DNA of 64,000 nucleotides from Amoebidium appalachense. Its lineage: Eukaryota > Protista > Ichthyosporea. Below the pieces are notes generated by a model, which did no database searches, was not told the DNA's origin, and saw only the letters and a list, made by a program, of their open reading frames with translations. Shown one piece after another: positions 33,989 to 64,000 of the stretch (positions within the stretch are counted from its first letter, which is position 1; every line of letters begins with the position of its first letter). Location of the stretch: the NCBI GenBank assembly GCA_963693365.1, contig CAVNZM010000012.1:1116001-1180000 (forward strand). The letters run 5' to 3'. A program made the translations under genes and the position numbers.

Positions 33989-34381
33989 AAATAATAATAA
34001 TAATAACAATAATAATACAAATAATTACAACGATAAAAGAAAATGAAAAAATACACATCCCTTCAGACACTTCCGACACACACAAACTCATCGCCACACA
34101 CTTCCCCCTTAGCTCAGCAGTGCAAACCACTAAAGATGGCCCTAGAGTATGCTTTGAGGCATTAGTTCAATACCATGTGGGTGTGTGTACAATGACGTGT
34201 GAAAACCAAAACGACACAGGCACCTTTGCCCGGGGGGGGGGGGGGGGGGGGGGGGGGGGAGAGGAGGGGGAGGGGAGGGAGGGGGGAGGGGGGCAAATGG
34301 GGAAGGGGGGGGGGGGGGGGGGGGGGGGAGGACAAGAAAACAGGAGGAAGGGGGTTTTGGGGAATGGGGGTGCCCCCGTGG

Positions 34382-34425
<44 letters not shown>

Positions 34426-34915
34426 TATTCAACTACACTAACATAATCAAAAACAGGGAGCAGGGGAGCGGGGGAGCCGGGGGGAGGGGGGAGATCGGAG
34501 GAGAGGGGAGGAGGAATATGACCGTGTTATTTTTTTTTATTTTTTTTTTGGATAAAAAGGGCAGAGTACGAACCCAAAATGGACAACTGCCCGTGTACAG
34601 GCCCAAATACTTGCACACAACTAAAATAGCCCCTCGGAACCTTTGGTACAAAAATATTTCCACATTGAAATCTCCTTTTTGCTCCGCTTTTTGCCCAATC
34701 AGCAGCTACAGATATCACACAGTTGCCTTTTTCGGGCAGGAAATTGCGCAAACCAGGTGGTTTGAAATTGCCGGTTGCAGCGGGAGGGGAACGAGTGAAA
34801 ACAAAAAGAGAGACCGAGAGAAAGGGTGCCCTGCATGTGCTTATGTGTGTGATCTACACGGCAGGCGTGGTGACTTTCTTACTGGTTTTTTTTGTTTGTT
34901 TGTTTTTTTTTTTTT

Positions 34916-34946
<31 letters not shown>

Positions 34947-35167
34947 GGGGTATGTGAGTGTATGTGTGTTGGGTGAGTGCAGCGGGAAGGGAGGGAGAGG
35001 GGGGGGAGAGGGGAGGAGGGGGGAGGGGTGATTCATACTTAAGGTGGTACAGGAAAGCCCGTAACAAAGACACCGGCCACGAGTCGTGCCGAGTACAAAG
35101 GCAGCACGAGCCCCGGGAACGTGCCTGCTTATCACTGTGATTGTGTGTGTGTGTGTGTGTGTGTCAC

Positions 35168-35244
<77 letters not shown>

Positions 35245-35917
35245 GTGTGTTATGTGTTATGTGTGTGTGTGTATGTGTGCTGTGTGTGGCTAATTGCCCG
35301 AGTGTTAGCATCGCCACGGCTGTGCACACCACAGAAAGTGGATACGTGCATGTTTTCATGCATTGCATGCCATTTGGTCAGCAGAGTAGAATTTAAATAA
35401 TTGCATCAATTAAACTGTCTTGGGGCTATACAGCGTAAAACTTATAAACGCAACATAAAAAGACAGCCCAAACACAACGGTTTTGGGTGGTGTGCTTTTA
35501 TTTCATACAGCCTATATCAACCAAACCACCAAAACTACTTTCTAGTCAGCACTGCTAAGCATGCCACATCCTGTGCCATCCCTGCTCCCTGCTCTTCTAA
35601 TCACACCAACTGCCCACAGACACCACCCTTCTCTGCCCCCCTCCCCCCCCCCCCCCCCCCCCTCAATTCCCCGGCTCCCCTCCCCCTTTCCCCCGTTTGC
35701 TCCATTCCTACCCCTAAGTTCACTCCTGTTCCCACTCCTCCCCTTGTGTTCAGCCCCCCCACCCACCCTCCCTCCCCCTCTTCCCCTTTCCCCTTTCCTA
35801 ATAGCTTGCCAAATACCGTCTTCAATGCAACAACAAGCGTAAAACGTGAAGAGCGTAAAACGGTGAAGGGCTTAGGAGGCGATAATCAGTGAGCAGGGGG
35901 GAAGGGGAAGGGGGAGG

Positions 35918-35952
<35 letters not shown>

Positions 35953-36199
35953 GCGGAGTGAAGCTAATAAAACTCAGTCGGTAGCCCAAAAAATAGACAA
36001 AAACAAGCGTGGGAAACAGTGGGTGCAGATGAACTAGAGTGGCGAATCTGTAAAGAGAATGGAGGGGAGGGAAAGTCCATAGCAACGCCAGCAGACGACG
36101 GATGGGAGGGCGAAGCTACAAAGGAAAACGAAGGGGAAAGACGGTAGAGATGGGCGCAAACACAAACAAAAGTGAAATGCGGAGGGAAAGAAACACATA

Positions 36200-37990
36200 C
36201 CTACTCCGTTATCCTGTGCGTTGCTTCGGTTGGGGCTGTTGAAACAACGGTATCAAGGAAAAAGTTTACTGCTTGTGTGCAAGGGTAAGGACGGAAGTAG
36301 AAGTATTTTTCTCACATACAAAAAAAAATACGTACTATCCAACTGCTTGTATATGGTAACACGCGTCTCTACGGGTGTGTCTTGGCTCCAAGACCGTGAA
36401 TGTGCACAAGAGCTCTATCACGTATAGACGTCGACAAAGAGGTTTGCCTACTCAAACATCGTCTGCAAACTTGGACAAGATTGCGCACCTCTCACACGCG
36501 ACCTCTTTATGAGATGTGCGGCTTTACATATACCATACGTTATGCGTCACGTTTTCACTCTCTTTTCTCGCTCCCTTGGGTTATGTTTTTCGGATACGTC
36601 ACCTACGTAGCTGGAAACGAAAATTGTAATTGGTGACCGTTTGCTGTTTTATTTCGTTGCCTCTTTGCTAATAATAGTCTGTCACATAATGACGTCAGAT
36701 GTCAGTAGTAGTCTAACAAGAAGCTCTGTAAGTATTGAAGCAAGTGTATATAGTTTAAGACTATTCCCGTCTTGGCGCGCAAGATGGCAAATGGTGACGC
36801 CACAGATACGTGCTGGCAGTGTGCATCGGAAATGGCGATATCGTGTATGCAAAAGCCGTTACATATACGTGCGTGTCAAACACATTTATACAATAGCTCT
36901 AAATAAATACACCATTTTTAATATAATTTTTAATTATTGGGTCTTTAACACACGTGTACAGTACTGTAATAGGTAAGACTCAATCATCAATATGGACTCA
37001 TCAGCCTACGCCAATGCTTTTTTTGCTCCCTTTCTCCGGTGAGCCATCGCTGATTGGTTTATGATTCCGCCCTTATCTTCCATATCAGTGCAGCCTCTCC
37101 GATCAACGTGTACAGAATAGTGTTTTTCTCTTCGGTTACGATAAATGAAATCCATAGAAATTACAATACATGAACTGTTACAATTTAGCCTATACATACT
37201 GCTAATGCTTTGTTAGAGATAAGTATTAGTAAACCAAAAAAAAATGATGACGCGATTGGACCGATTACAGGACACGGTGCCACGGGGACCAATAAATCGC
37301 CTGCACAAAAGATTCCTGACTAATCTTTTATTTCCTCGTATTCATTGGCTACTGATGCAAACCCGAACAATATCATGTTCCAGCGCTTGCCTTGTCAACC
37401 CAGCATTATTGTAAATATATCTTTTTCCTTTGTTTATGAAACAGTTAATAAAATTACTTAGAACTTATTTTTAGCTTTAGATGTGAACGAAAGCCCAAAA
37501 CATAATGCAGCAGCTGATTTTCAGGAATTCGCAACAATTTTATGAGATAGTGTTTAAACAAATCATTGATTAATAATCACGCATATCAACTGCAACTCAG
37601 TTTCCTGGCCCCTTGATTGTTAAGGCATTTCGCGCCAAGCATTTTTTGTTGACACACACCGAGGTTACCAAGTTGAAAAGGCTCCTTGTGTTTCCTCTGC
37701 AAGCTCCCAATCAGGCAACTGAAACATGACTTTTTATTAGATGTTGTGTAGTTTAGTAAAGTAGCTATTTAAGCTATTTAGTATCCCGAGCAGCATCACA
37801 GTCGAAGACTGATTAGAAGGTTCCCTTTTTTCTGGGCCATTTTAACGGCTTGTTTTCGTCGATGAGAAGGCGAACCAAAATATTGTGTGTACGTACGATT
37901 AAAAGGGAGGAGCTTTTCCAAAACAGCAACGCAATTAGTCACCACAGGTCTTCCATTGTTAAATTTTATGCAGTGCGGCCATAATTTATA
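36200..37990. promoter_or_regulatory. Divergent promoter region (BCAS3-like / acyltransferase)
   Basis: AT-rich and free of simple repeats. CCAAT/ATTGG near 37051, 37254, 37289, 37344 and 37707. Confidence 0.45.
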
Positions 37991-37996
37991 CAGAAA

Positions 37997-39968
37997 ATGT
38001 CTCTCGAAGTACTTGCTTGGCCTGGCGCAGACATGATGTCTGCGGCCAATGACTACATGGACTCTGTGAGGGAGGCAGCAGGAACAGCAACATCATTCGC
38101 TATCATCAGCCTCTCTGGTGTTAGCCACGCACTTGAGGCGCTGTTGCATGTTTTTTGCCTCCCACTCAAGTACATCTCTCCATCCTGGCATAATTTTACG
38201 CGCATTTGGCTGCTGCGTCTAGGTTGGTCTCCAATCATGGCCGGCATGTGGTTGGCAGACAGACGTGTGGTGGTGACTGGTGATCAGATGGTGGCTGGTA
38301 ATCACAAGGGAGACAGCCTTTTGCCAGAAGTGAAGGGAAAGAACAAGAATCTGGTGTTGATCAATCATCAGGTATGCTGAAAGTTGTTTTTGCTTTTGTG
38401 CCATCCTGATTAAGAACGGGTGTGGGAGTTGGTGTTTCTGTTCGTGAGGCTCTGCACAATCGTGTGCTCTCTTTTTTTGTTTCGTGTTCCCGCAGCCGAA
38501 GGCTGCAGAACAAGGGGCACTAAGCAGTTAGCTGCATAAAGTCCCCTTTCTTTAATCTTTTTCTGTGTCATGTGAAGAGGGCAGCATAGGAGAACGGAAA
38601 TCAGGTTGATAGCGCAGTGATGCAAATAGCCAAAATGGGCTTGAACTTCGTGTTGTTTTCGAATCACACCCTCATCCTTCTTATGTCCCCTGCAGGCGTA
38701 TGCAGACACCTTCTTCGTCGCCTACCACATGCATGCGCTCAACAGTGGGGACGGCACTATGATGTGGGCCATCTGGAAGACGTTTTTGTTTATTCCCCTG
38801 GGCTGGGCGTCATACATGGCTGGCCACATCTTCCTTGGCCGTAATTTCCCTCCAGTTTGCTTATATCGTGATGTGCTCGGAGCCTGCATTGTCTCTTTCT
38901 TTGTGGCTGTGTTTTTACGTGAGTTTATCGGGTTGTGGGGTTGTTCGGTGACCTTTCGAATTTTTGAGTTTTGGGCAATTGAGCATGAACAGGTTTCTCA
39001 TATCATGAAATGTTTCCTTAGACACTCTGAGCATCGTGACGTTTCTAGGTAGTTTGAGGCCATTTTCGGCCCTTTATTAATTCGAGAGCATGTGGTAGGA
39101 AGGGGCTCAGGAAGGGGGTGGGTGAAAGTGTGTGTGTGGGGGGGGGGGGGGGGGGGGGGGGGAGGGGGAGGTTGAGGAAAGAAGAGTCTGGGAGGGGGTA
39201 ACAAGCCACCTCTGACAAGCGTCACCCCTCTCACAGATGGTGCCAAGCAAGATGAGAAGAACTTGCACAAGGCACTCGATTATTTTGTGGAGGACGACTT
39301 CAGGTCGTTCTGTGTTTACCCGGAGGGAGGTGTGTTCAGGAAGGAGCTGCTGCAGAAGTCGCTGGACTTTGCCAGGTGGGTGTAAAGACCATGTTTGTGG
39401 TACTGTGTGTGTGGTTGGTGTTTTGTGTATGATGTGTGTGTGTGTGTGCATGTGGATGTGGGTGTGTGCGATTTGTGTTTAACGTTTTGTGCGTGTGGGC
39501 CTGCGTGTGCCGTGGGGGGTGTTTGACGCGTTGTGCATGTGTGTGCATGTATGCGTGTGTGTGTGTGTGTGCGTGTGTGTATGTGTGCGCGCGCGGGGTG
39601 CTGTGTGTGTGTGGTTTATGTATTGAATTTGCCTTTTCTGATATGTAATCATCAAATGATGCGCGCGCGCGAGTGTGTGTGTGTGTGTGGTGTGTGTGAC
39701 ACGTGTATACTTCGCCTCCCCCCTCCCCCCCCCCCCCCCCCCCCCCCTCCCCCTCCCAAGCGCGTACCTGCGAGCACTAATGCTCTTTATGATGATCATA
39801 CATATGCTTTAGATTGATGAAAGTGCACGGGTGACCAGGCAGTTACTGGCGTTCTTTCCCCCTTTCTTTACCTTGAAAGAAACGGTTGATTTTGCGCTGT
39901 GTATGTTGTGTATGGGATGTTGTTGTTCTGTTGTGTGTGCGTGTGCGGACACGTATGTACTTTTCCCC

Positions 39969-40000
<32 letters not shown>

Positions 40001-40742
40001 TTTTTTTTTGTGGGGGGGGGGGGGGGGGGGGGGAATACTTACACATCCTGCTCACGTTATTTTTTATTCTCCACCGTTTACCGCAATGTACACCCTCGCC
40101 CTAAAAAAAAATAAAAACTCACATCCTCCCCCGTTGCAGGAAGGAAGGCCTCCCTGAGCTTCAGCACCACCTCCTTCCCCGATTTGGCGCATTCCTTGCG
40201 GCAGTAAAGAAGCTTCGAGAAGCAGGAGCCGAGGACCTGTTTGATGTGAGCATGGGCTTCCCTGCGTCGACACCCTGGAGCCGTGATCCGTGGAATCTGA
40301 TCGATCTGGCTCGGCCCTCCCCAATGCCTATGGACGTGCACTTGCACATCCGCAAGTACAAGCTCGCAGAGGTGCGTGTTTCTTTCTTTCTTTCTCTCTC
40401 TCTCTTTTTCTTCTTCTTTTTTTTAGTTGTTGTTGTTGTTTGTTTGTTTTCATTTTTTCTTTTCTTTTCTTTCTTTTTTTTTTTGGATCGTGTCATGCGC
40501 ACACACGGATACATGCGCTCGTGAAAAAAACGTCGAGTTGTTTGCACTCTGCACATTGTTCCACGCACAGGCTTTCGTGCGCAGTATTTGCACTTGCACA
40601 CTCTGCACATTGTTCCACATGCAGGCCTTCGTGCATAGTACGTGTACGCACACACGCATGCGGAAGCATGCGGGAGTGAGTGCGCTTAAACTTTTTTCTC
40701 ATACTGCAACGACATGCTCTCAAGCACAGTGCGGGCATGTGC

Positions 40743-40784
<42 letters not shown>

Positions 40785-41557
40785 ACTGACACATGGGCAC
40801 GTGATTATGCGCTGATTTGTTCGCCCACACACCCCCACACTCTCATGTACAATGCATGCACATGCACGCATGATGCACGTGTGTGTCTGTGGGACGCACG
40901 GTATGCATGTTCGATGATGTATATCCTTGCAAGCTCGATAAGAAGGGAAAGTGATAGTCGGCGGTAGGCAGTTTGTGCGCTGCCTTTGTGTTTCTCTGTC
41001 CTTTGTTTGGCTCGGAGCGTGGGTCCCGGTCTCTTTCGAGGATGTGTGGGTGCTCCAGGTTTTTTTCTTCCCTGGGGGGACAGGGCTGTGCGCTTTTTCC
41101 ACCTCTCTCCCTCCCTCCGTCCCTCCTCTCTCTCTCACTCTCTCTCTCTCCCTCCCTCCCTCCCTCTCCCCACGCTCTGTGTCGTGCATCTGTAAGCACA
41201 TACACATTTTTCGCTGCACTGCATTAGTTTGCACACACATCTTCACCGTTTTGCTCACCTTGCTTGCATAAGCAACCCTGCTCGTCTTTGATCAAGACGG
41301 GTTGACCCGCCCAAGCTCAGTTGATGCTGCTGTCTGAGTTGGAGTGTCGTATATACGCGGGCTAAGGGGTCGAAACTCAGACGCAATTGATGACTTGGGT
41401 CCTCCCTGAGGATGGGCTCTGCTTATAACGCATACTGTGCACATGGCTGATGTTGCATACTTGAATGTTTGCCTTTGCATGTGTCCTGCACCATGCTTCT
41501 CGTCGTGTATGCGTACTTTGTACCGTGTTCCGCATTCAAACCCCCCCCCCCCCCTCC

Positions 41558-41597
<40 letters not shown>

Positions 41598-42173
41598 CCC
41601 CCCCCCCCCCCCCCCCCCCCTCCCTCGTGGGTGGGTGGATGGGTGAGTATTTAAGCTCGATCTCCTCCCCCTCCCCTCCAGTACTTTTTTTTTTTTTTTT
41701 TTTTTTTTTTCCCGCTTCTGTGTCTGAAGGCCAAACACTAATACCACCCTTTGCACGACACACAGGTGGGCGAGACCGAAGAAGAGCAAAAGGCGTGGCT
41801 GCTTAAACGGTGGGTCGAACGCGAAGCCCTGATGGTCGAATTCAAGAAGACACAGCGGTTCCCCGGCGAGCAGAGAGACGGGAGCCCCGGCATTGTGCGC
41901 GTGTGGGCGGACGTTCTCCTATGGACCCCCTTCGTCCTTGCGTTCATGTATGCGATTGGCCTGGCCGGGATACGGTTCAGTTCTGTTGCAATGACGTTCT
42001 TTTACATGTTTTGGGTCTCGGGCGCGTCTGCGACCATCTCTCTGCCGAGTATTTGGGGCCTGTGGATTGGTGGTTTTGCGGTCGCGCTTTTCACTGCCCT
42101 CCTCGGACCCATTTCCATCTTTTCTGTGTCGATGCCTTCGCTGTTGGCTAACCGCCGCCGCACCGCTGCGTAA
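37997..42173 (+). CDS. Lysophospholipid acyltransferase (AGPAT/LCLAT1/LPGAT1-like, PlsC + C-terminal domain), 432 aa
   Basis: Exons 37997-38371, 38696-38840, 39237-39375, 40140-40371 and 41766-42173 total 1299 nt. Motifs NHQAYAD (HX4D), YPEGG, GLPELQHHLLPR and WL..RW.E.E are present, followed by C-terminal hydrophobic helices. Confidence 0.9.
41174..41540 (+). mobile_element. Family A, 5'-truncated 367-bp copy
   Basis: Colinear with 19176-19542 with scattered substitutions. Ends cattcaaa+poly-C. In acyltransferase intron 4, sense. Confidence 0.9.
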
Positions 42174-43388
42174 GCGCGGATTAAATGATTCTTTAAACCG
42201 GTTTTTGTTACAGGATTACGGGTTTTTGTCCCAATACTGCTGTATGCGGGTGGGCGATAAGCAGGCTGAGGATTTTTGTACCTTTTCACATTTATCTTGT
42301 TATTGCGTGCAGATATATATAGCCGAAGACTTTCCTATACATACGAAAACATGCTAGGTGACGTGCCTCACATATGCACAACGTGACATACACGTGTGTC
42401 GTTCTTTCCCCCCCAGCATCAATAGCTTCTCCAATGCAAGTGCTTGCCGTTTTTTAACGTTTTTTGTTCTACCAATACCTCGGCTGGACCTCTGAGTATA
42501 AATGTGCAAATGTTTGCCCACGGTATCTATTTTATAAAAATTCATTCTAAGATGTCGAATTGTGTTCACGTAAAAAATTGTACAGCACTACATCTCTTCT
42601 TTTCCTTTATTCGACTATTATTTGCCTCTTTTTGACAAGTGGATAGTTTGACCATTGAGCCAGGCAACAAGTGCTAATGCACCGGTGTTCGTTTTATCCA
42701 TTGGCTGAGCCTCGCATGTAGGCGGTAATTGCTTATGTACAAATGCACCACATTGCATATCTTTGATTCGTTTAATTTCATTTTGCCATGCTGCTCTTTG
42801 GATTCTGAGGGAAGGAGGCATTGCTGTAAACTTGGCACGTTTTGGTGTCTTTGATTTCACTTTGCCATGCAACTGTCTAAGTGGAGACAGAGTAAACATG
42901 CAAAGGCCAAACTTAAACGTTAACATCTTGTGTCATGATGTGTGCAGTATGGAATTTGATTGCCCCCCCCCGCCCCCACCCACCCACCCACCCATCCACC
43001 CACCACGTACGTCACACACACACACACACACACGCACAGGCTGAGTACTTACATGTACAAAAATGTACATGGTGTGGTGTGTACGTGTGTCTCTCCCAAA
43101 AAAGAAGACTGCACGCTTGATCGGTCCCCACACTGGATGTATATCCTGCAACGGCCGAGGGTCATTAATATTAATATTCTTGACTAGTAGAGAATGTTAG
43201 GCCTTTGAATCATCACAGTGACTGTCTCATAATATATGTCGCCTAATAGGCAACTAACTGAGCACATTTCCCCTCTTATAGTCAACCTATACAGAGGCCG
43301 GGCAGCACCTTTTATATATGCGCTAGAGTACATACAGGAATACGTATACAAGAAAAATTCAAACAAGGTGTGGCAGGCAAGACAGACT

Positions 43389-43422
<34 letters not shown>

Positions 43423-43423
43423 G

Positions 43424-43521
<98 letters not shown>

Positions 43522-43964
43522 GGTACACGTGTGCGCGTGTACACAAATTGAATTGCAAAACTGAGGGCAACAGCGATAAAACCACCAGGGTTGAGAAGGA
43601 AGTAAAAGTATGTTGGTGAAGTGTGGGGCTGGGTTTAGTGCGTTGTAATATTATTAACTTTGTCAGTGGTGCGTACGTATAGCGCATGTGTATTGTATAA
43701 CTTCAGTTTACATAGACAACAGTCACTGTGCTGGCTGTTTCTTCATGCCTTTGGGATGTGCAAGTAGCAGTGGGGTTTACGCTGTTTACTCGAGGCAAAG
43801 AGAAACCAGTCTCAGGTATGGGGGGGGTTTTGCTCGGAATATCCCCTCAGCGGTATATCATGATCACGTACATAGATGTCGGGTGGTGACTATATATCAG
43901 GGTTTACTTTCTCTACGAGATACCATAAAGACTACAAGGAGAAATCAATTAGTTGGGGTTCCCC

Positions 43965-43997
<33 letters not shown>

Positions 43998-44030
43998 GGG
44001 GCTCCCCCTGGGACACTCGGTATCAGCTGG

Positions 44031-44113
<83 letters not shown>

Positions 44114-44626
44114 TGCGCTAGAATTTTGTAGTGACGTGTTTCTTAAGCCAATCAATACATCTAATAAACAGGTCGTAGTTACGCGTGTTTAGTATAAAAT
44201 CAAGGATGTTGTAATTTACAGGTAGGCTATCTTTCTGGGTGTCTGTTGTGAATGTGACGTGTGTGTGTTGCGGTATTATGTGGTCTATCAAACTACATTT
44301 GGCGATACATGACCTGTTAAACTGGTGTGTGTGTGTGTTGTTTGGGCATGCAAATGATGCCACCTTATACTTATTAGATCTCCACTATATAGCACGTGTA
44401 CAGTAAAAGCGTGGTAATTGAACAATACCATCAGCTAGAGAAAGACCAGTTCTACAGGAAGGTAATATGTATTTAGGTGTTATACATTTGCGAGTGCCAT
44501 ATTTGGCAATATGGTTGAGGCGGTCAGTATATATAAAACGAGACATAAGGCTTAGTTTTTCAAGGTGTATGCTTTCATCGGGTCTAGTGTCGTGTGGTAT
44601 CTTTTTCCATTTGTTATATTGCGTGA

Positions 44627-45406
44627 TTATCTTGTGATTGTGTACATGTTAATAAGTAAGTGGCAGTCCAAAATCACACACACACTTTTGCGGGGTTTAT
44701 TTGTATTTGTACCCAGGGGAGAAGGGGAGAGAGAGGGAAGGAAAGAGGGGAGAGGTGAGGAGGGGACAGGTCGGATAGAGAAGAGAGGGTGGGAGGGCAA
44801 ATACTTCTTTAAGCGGCTCATGTGCTTATTGAATTTCAGCGCGAGATAGGATACTCTAGCAGCTATTGGGACCAGACCATATATCGAGAGCGTTACAGGC
44901 CCAGGTTTACAACAGTTGTTAGATAGAAAGGAGGCAACTTCTGCTTCAAGAAAATTTGCCAAGGGTTTAAGCGCTCTAGTTCTCTCTTTCTTGATCCAAG
45001 CGGCGAGAAGGGGTAAACCATATTCACATGCCGGGAAGACAAAAGTGCGAATAAATGTAAGTCTAATAGAAGGATGGAGGGGTGTGTCTTTAAAAATATT
45101 AGCCGAGAAGAAAGCTAACCGCTTACGAGCCAACTCTACCCTCTTTTCGACCATATGGGAAAACATAACACCAACAGAATCAACCGGAACACCAAGATAT
45201 TTGTATTCAATCTGGAACTATAGGTACAGGTTTAGATGATAATGTAAATGTGTGTAACTTGAATTGTTGGCTATATCAGGTACAAGAACACCACATTTGT
45301 CTATGTTAAGGATCATAAGGTTTGCCTTGCACCACTCTGACACTACATCGAACAATCTTTGCAGGCGTCTAAAGTAGCAGTGTAGTTTGTGCGGACTAGT
45401 ACTCAC
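44627..45406 (-). mobile_element. Decayed, 5'-truncated non-LTR retrotransposon (RT palm/thumb fragment)
   Basis: LQRLFDVVSEWCKANLMILNIDKCGVL, then after frameshifts EYKYLGVPVD and LTFIRTFVFPACEYG. These are typical LINE RT C-terminal motifs. No YADD motif seen. Confidence 0.85.
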
Positions 45407-45611
45407 GCTGGAGTGAAACTGTGATTCTAGACTCTCAACAGGAACTTTTCCACAGAATTTAAACTTTAAGGTTACTTTAAAGTTGGAAGACTTTGTAAAC
45501 GTGGCAGATCAGTATGATAAGCGGATCATCATTAAATTTTGTACCGGTATGAACCCCCCCCCCCCCCCCCCCCCCCCCCACCCACCCTTCCCTTCCCCCT
45601 CCCTCCCCAAC

Positions 45612-45650
<39 letters not shown>

Positions 45651-45870
45651 CCAAACAGTGACACACACACACACGCACGGAGTACCGGCTTTGAGCTAGG
45701 GAGTCCTGTACGTGGTGTGGTGGCGCTGTGAGGTTTTGGGTGGTGAGATGCAAGTTGCATGCCATGCTGTGCAGTACAACCTGAGTGCTCCACGGTGTGC
45801 CGGGGATGGGGACAGGGGCAACATACATATCATAGTAGTATGTAGTCCGTACTCAGGCGTAAACGTTGAA

Positions 45871-45945
<75 letters not shown>

Positions 45946-46525
45946 CCCTCTCCCCCCCAAATCTCCCCCTCCCCCCTCCCCCCTCCCCCCCCTCCCCCAA
46001 TTGCAAAGACGTGTACACACAAAGACTCGGATTGGAAACGAAACCGAGTCAAAAGAAATGAAGGGGAAAAAATGAGTGGGGAAACGAAACCGTAAGTTTG
46101 ATGGGTGTGTGTGTGTGTGCGTGTGTGTGTGTTACATGTACGTGCATGTGTGAGTGTGTGTGTGTGTGCCTGTGTGTGTGCACACGGTGTGTGTGTGTAT
46201 GCCGGGGGTTGGGGGGGGGGGGGGGGGAGGGGAGGGGGGGGGGAATTAAAAATCAAATGAAACTTTGCAAATAAAATCACGATGATACCTTCAATAGGGT
46301 CTTCTCTTTCACTCTCTCTCGCTCTCTACTGTCTATCTCCCTCACACACACACACACACACAAACACAAACACACACACACACACACACACACTCTCTCT
46401 CTCTCTCTCTTTCTCTCTCCCCCCCCCTTCCCCCCCCCCCCCCTCCTCTTTCTCCCTCTCTCCTCCCCCTCCCCCTACTTTCTCTCTCTCGATCTCCCTC
46501 TCTCAGGATCCCCCCCAGCTCCCCC

Positions 46526-46581
<56 letters not shown>

Positions 46582-47407
46582 AAAAAAGGAAAAAAAAACG
46601 GGGGCAGAGCCGATGCACACAAAAAGGGTCGTATATCTCAGCGTCATCATGCGCATGGCACGTTGTAGATTCGGTGCGTGCTACATAACTTACTAAGGCA
46701 CCATAAGACGCACACACACTGATCATCAAAAATATAAGAAAGACAAGTACCTTGCTGAATAATAGTCGAGAAAAAGTAGTGGGGAAAGAGCAAACTTTGC
46801 AATCAATGCACATGTGGTGTGTGCACAACCACATGCCGTTGGGGAAGGGGGGGGGGGGGGGGGGGAGGAAAAAAGGGGGAGGAGGGGGGGGGGGGGCAGG
46901 GGAGAAGGCGGGGGGGAGACTGGGGGCTGACGTCACACTGACGTCAGTAGTCGGGCAGGTGTTACGTAATACTACCAAATTTAGTAAGCCAACATCCATG
47001 ATGATTGGAGAGCTCTTCGTACAAGCCTTTGCGGCAAGGTCTGAGCAACTTTTTTTTTCCCCCTCTGCCTTGAAGTCACAAGTTGCTTGCACGTCGCTCA
47101 CAAACGCATCGCATCACAAACATACTGTTGCTTGGTGTATGTGTAGACGTCCTTTTTCTTGTCATTGCCCGTGACAAATGTCCCTCGTTTACGTGGAATG
47201 TCAGTTGGGCACACAAGAATTGGCCACAGTTTATGGGTAACTCAACCTCAAACTGTCAGTCAGCAGAGGAGAACTTCTGGCAAAGGATTTTCAGGATCAG
47301 ATTAGTTCTTTGGATCTCGTTCACATCTTGACATTAGAGACCTCGAAAGAGCTGAGAAGCCTTCTACAGCGATTGATTTGTAGGCCGCTGTTGGCTTGAG
47401 CGTCAAC

Positions 47408-63897
<16,490 letters not shown>

Positions 63898-63910
63898 GTG
63901 TGTGTGTTGT

Positions 63911-64000
<90 letters not shown>

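Overview
Eukaryotic, intron-rich genomic DNA, probably from a unicellular eukaryote (taxon not determinable here). Nearly all ORF-track entries are artefacts of (CA/GT)n, (CT/GA)n and poly-C/G tracts. Splicing GT-AG exons by hand gives six genes: a WDR13-like WD40 gene (-, runs off the left edge), a 196-aa Pro/Tyr-rich orphan (-), the PP4 catalytic subunit (+, 11 exons), an intronless BCAS3-like gene broken by three homopolymer frameshifts (-), a lysophospholipid acyltransferase (+, 5 exons) and a BRO1+V-domain ESCRT gene (+, at least 21 exons, runs off the right edge). A decayed non-LTR reverse transcriptase fragment is also present. The most striking unexplained structure is a short non-coding mobile element family, seen in about 14 pieces from several subfamilies. 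Most copies share a fixed 3' end abutting poly-C and have variable 5' ends. All lie in introns in the sense orientation of the host gene, and one forms a pseudo-LTR-like partial tandem. Introns also show poly-C just after donors, a narrow 500-900 nt length range, and tandem amplification of the splice junctions themselves.
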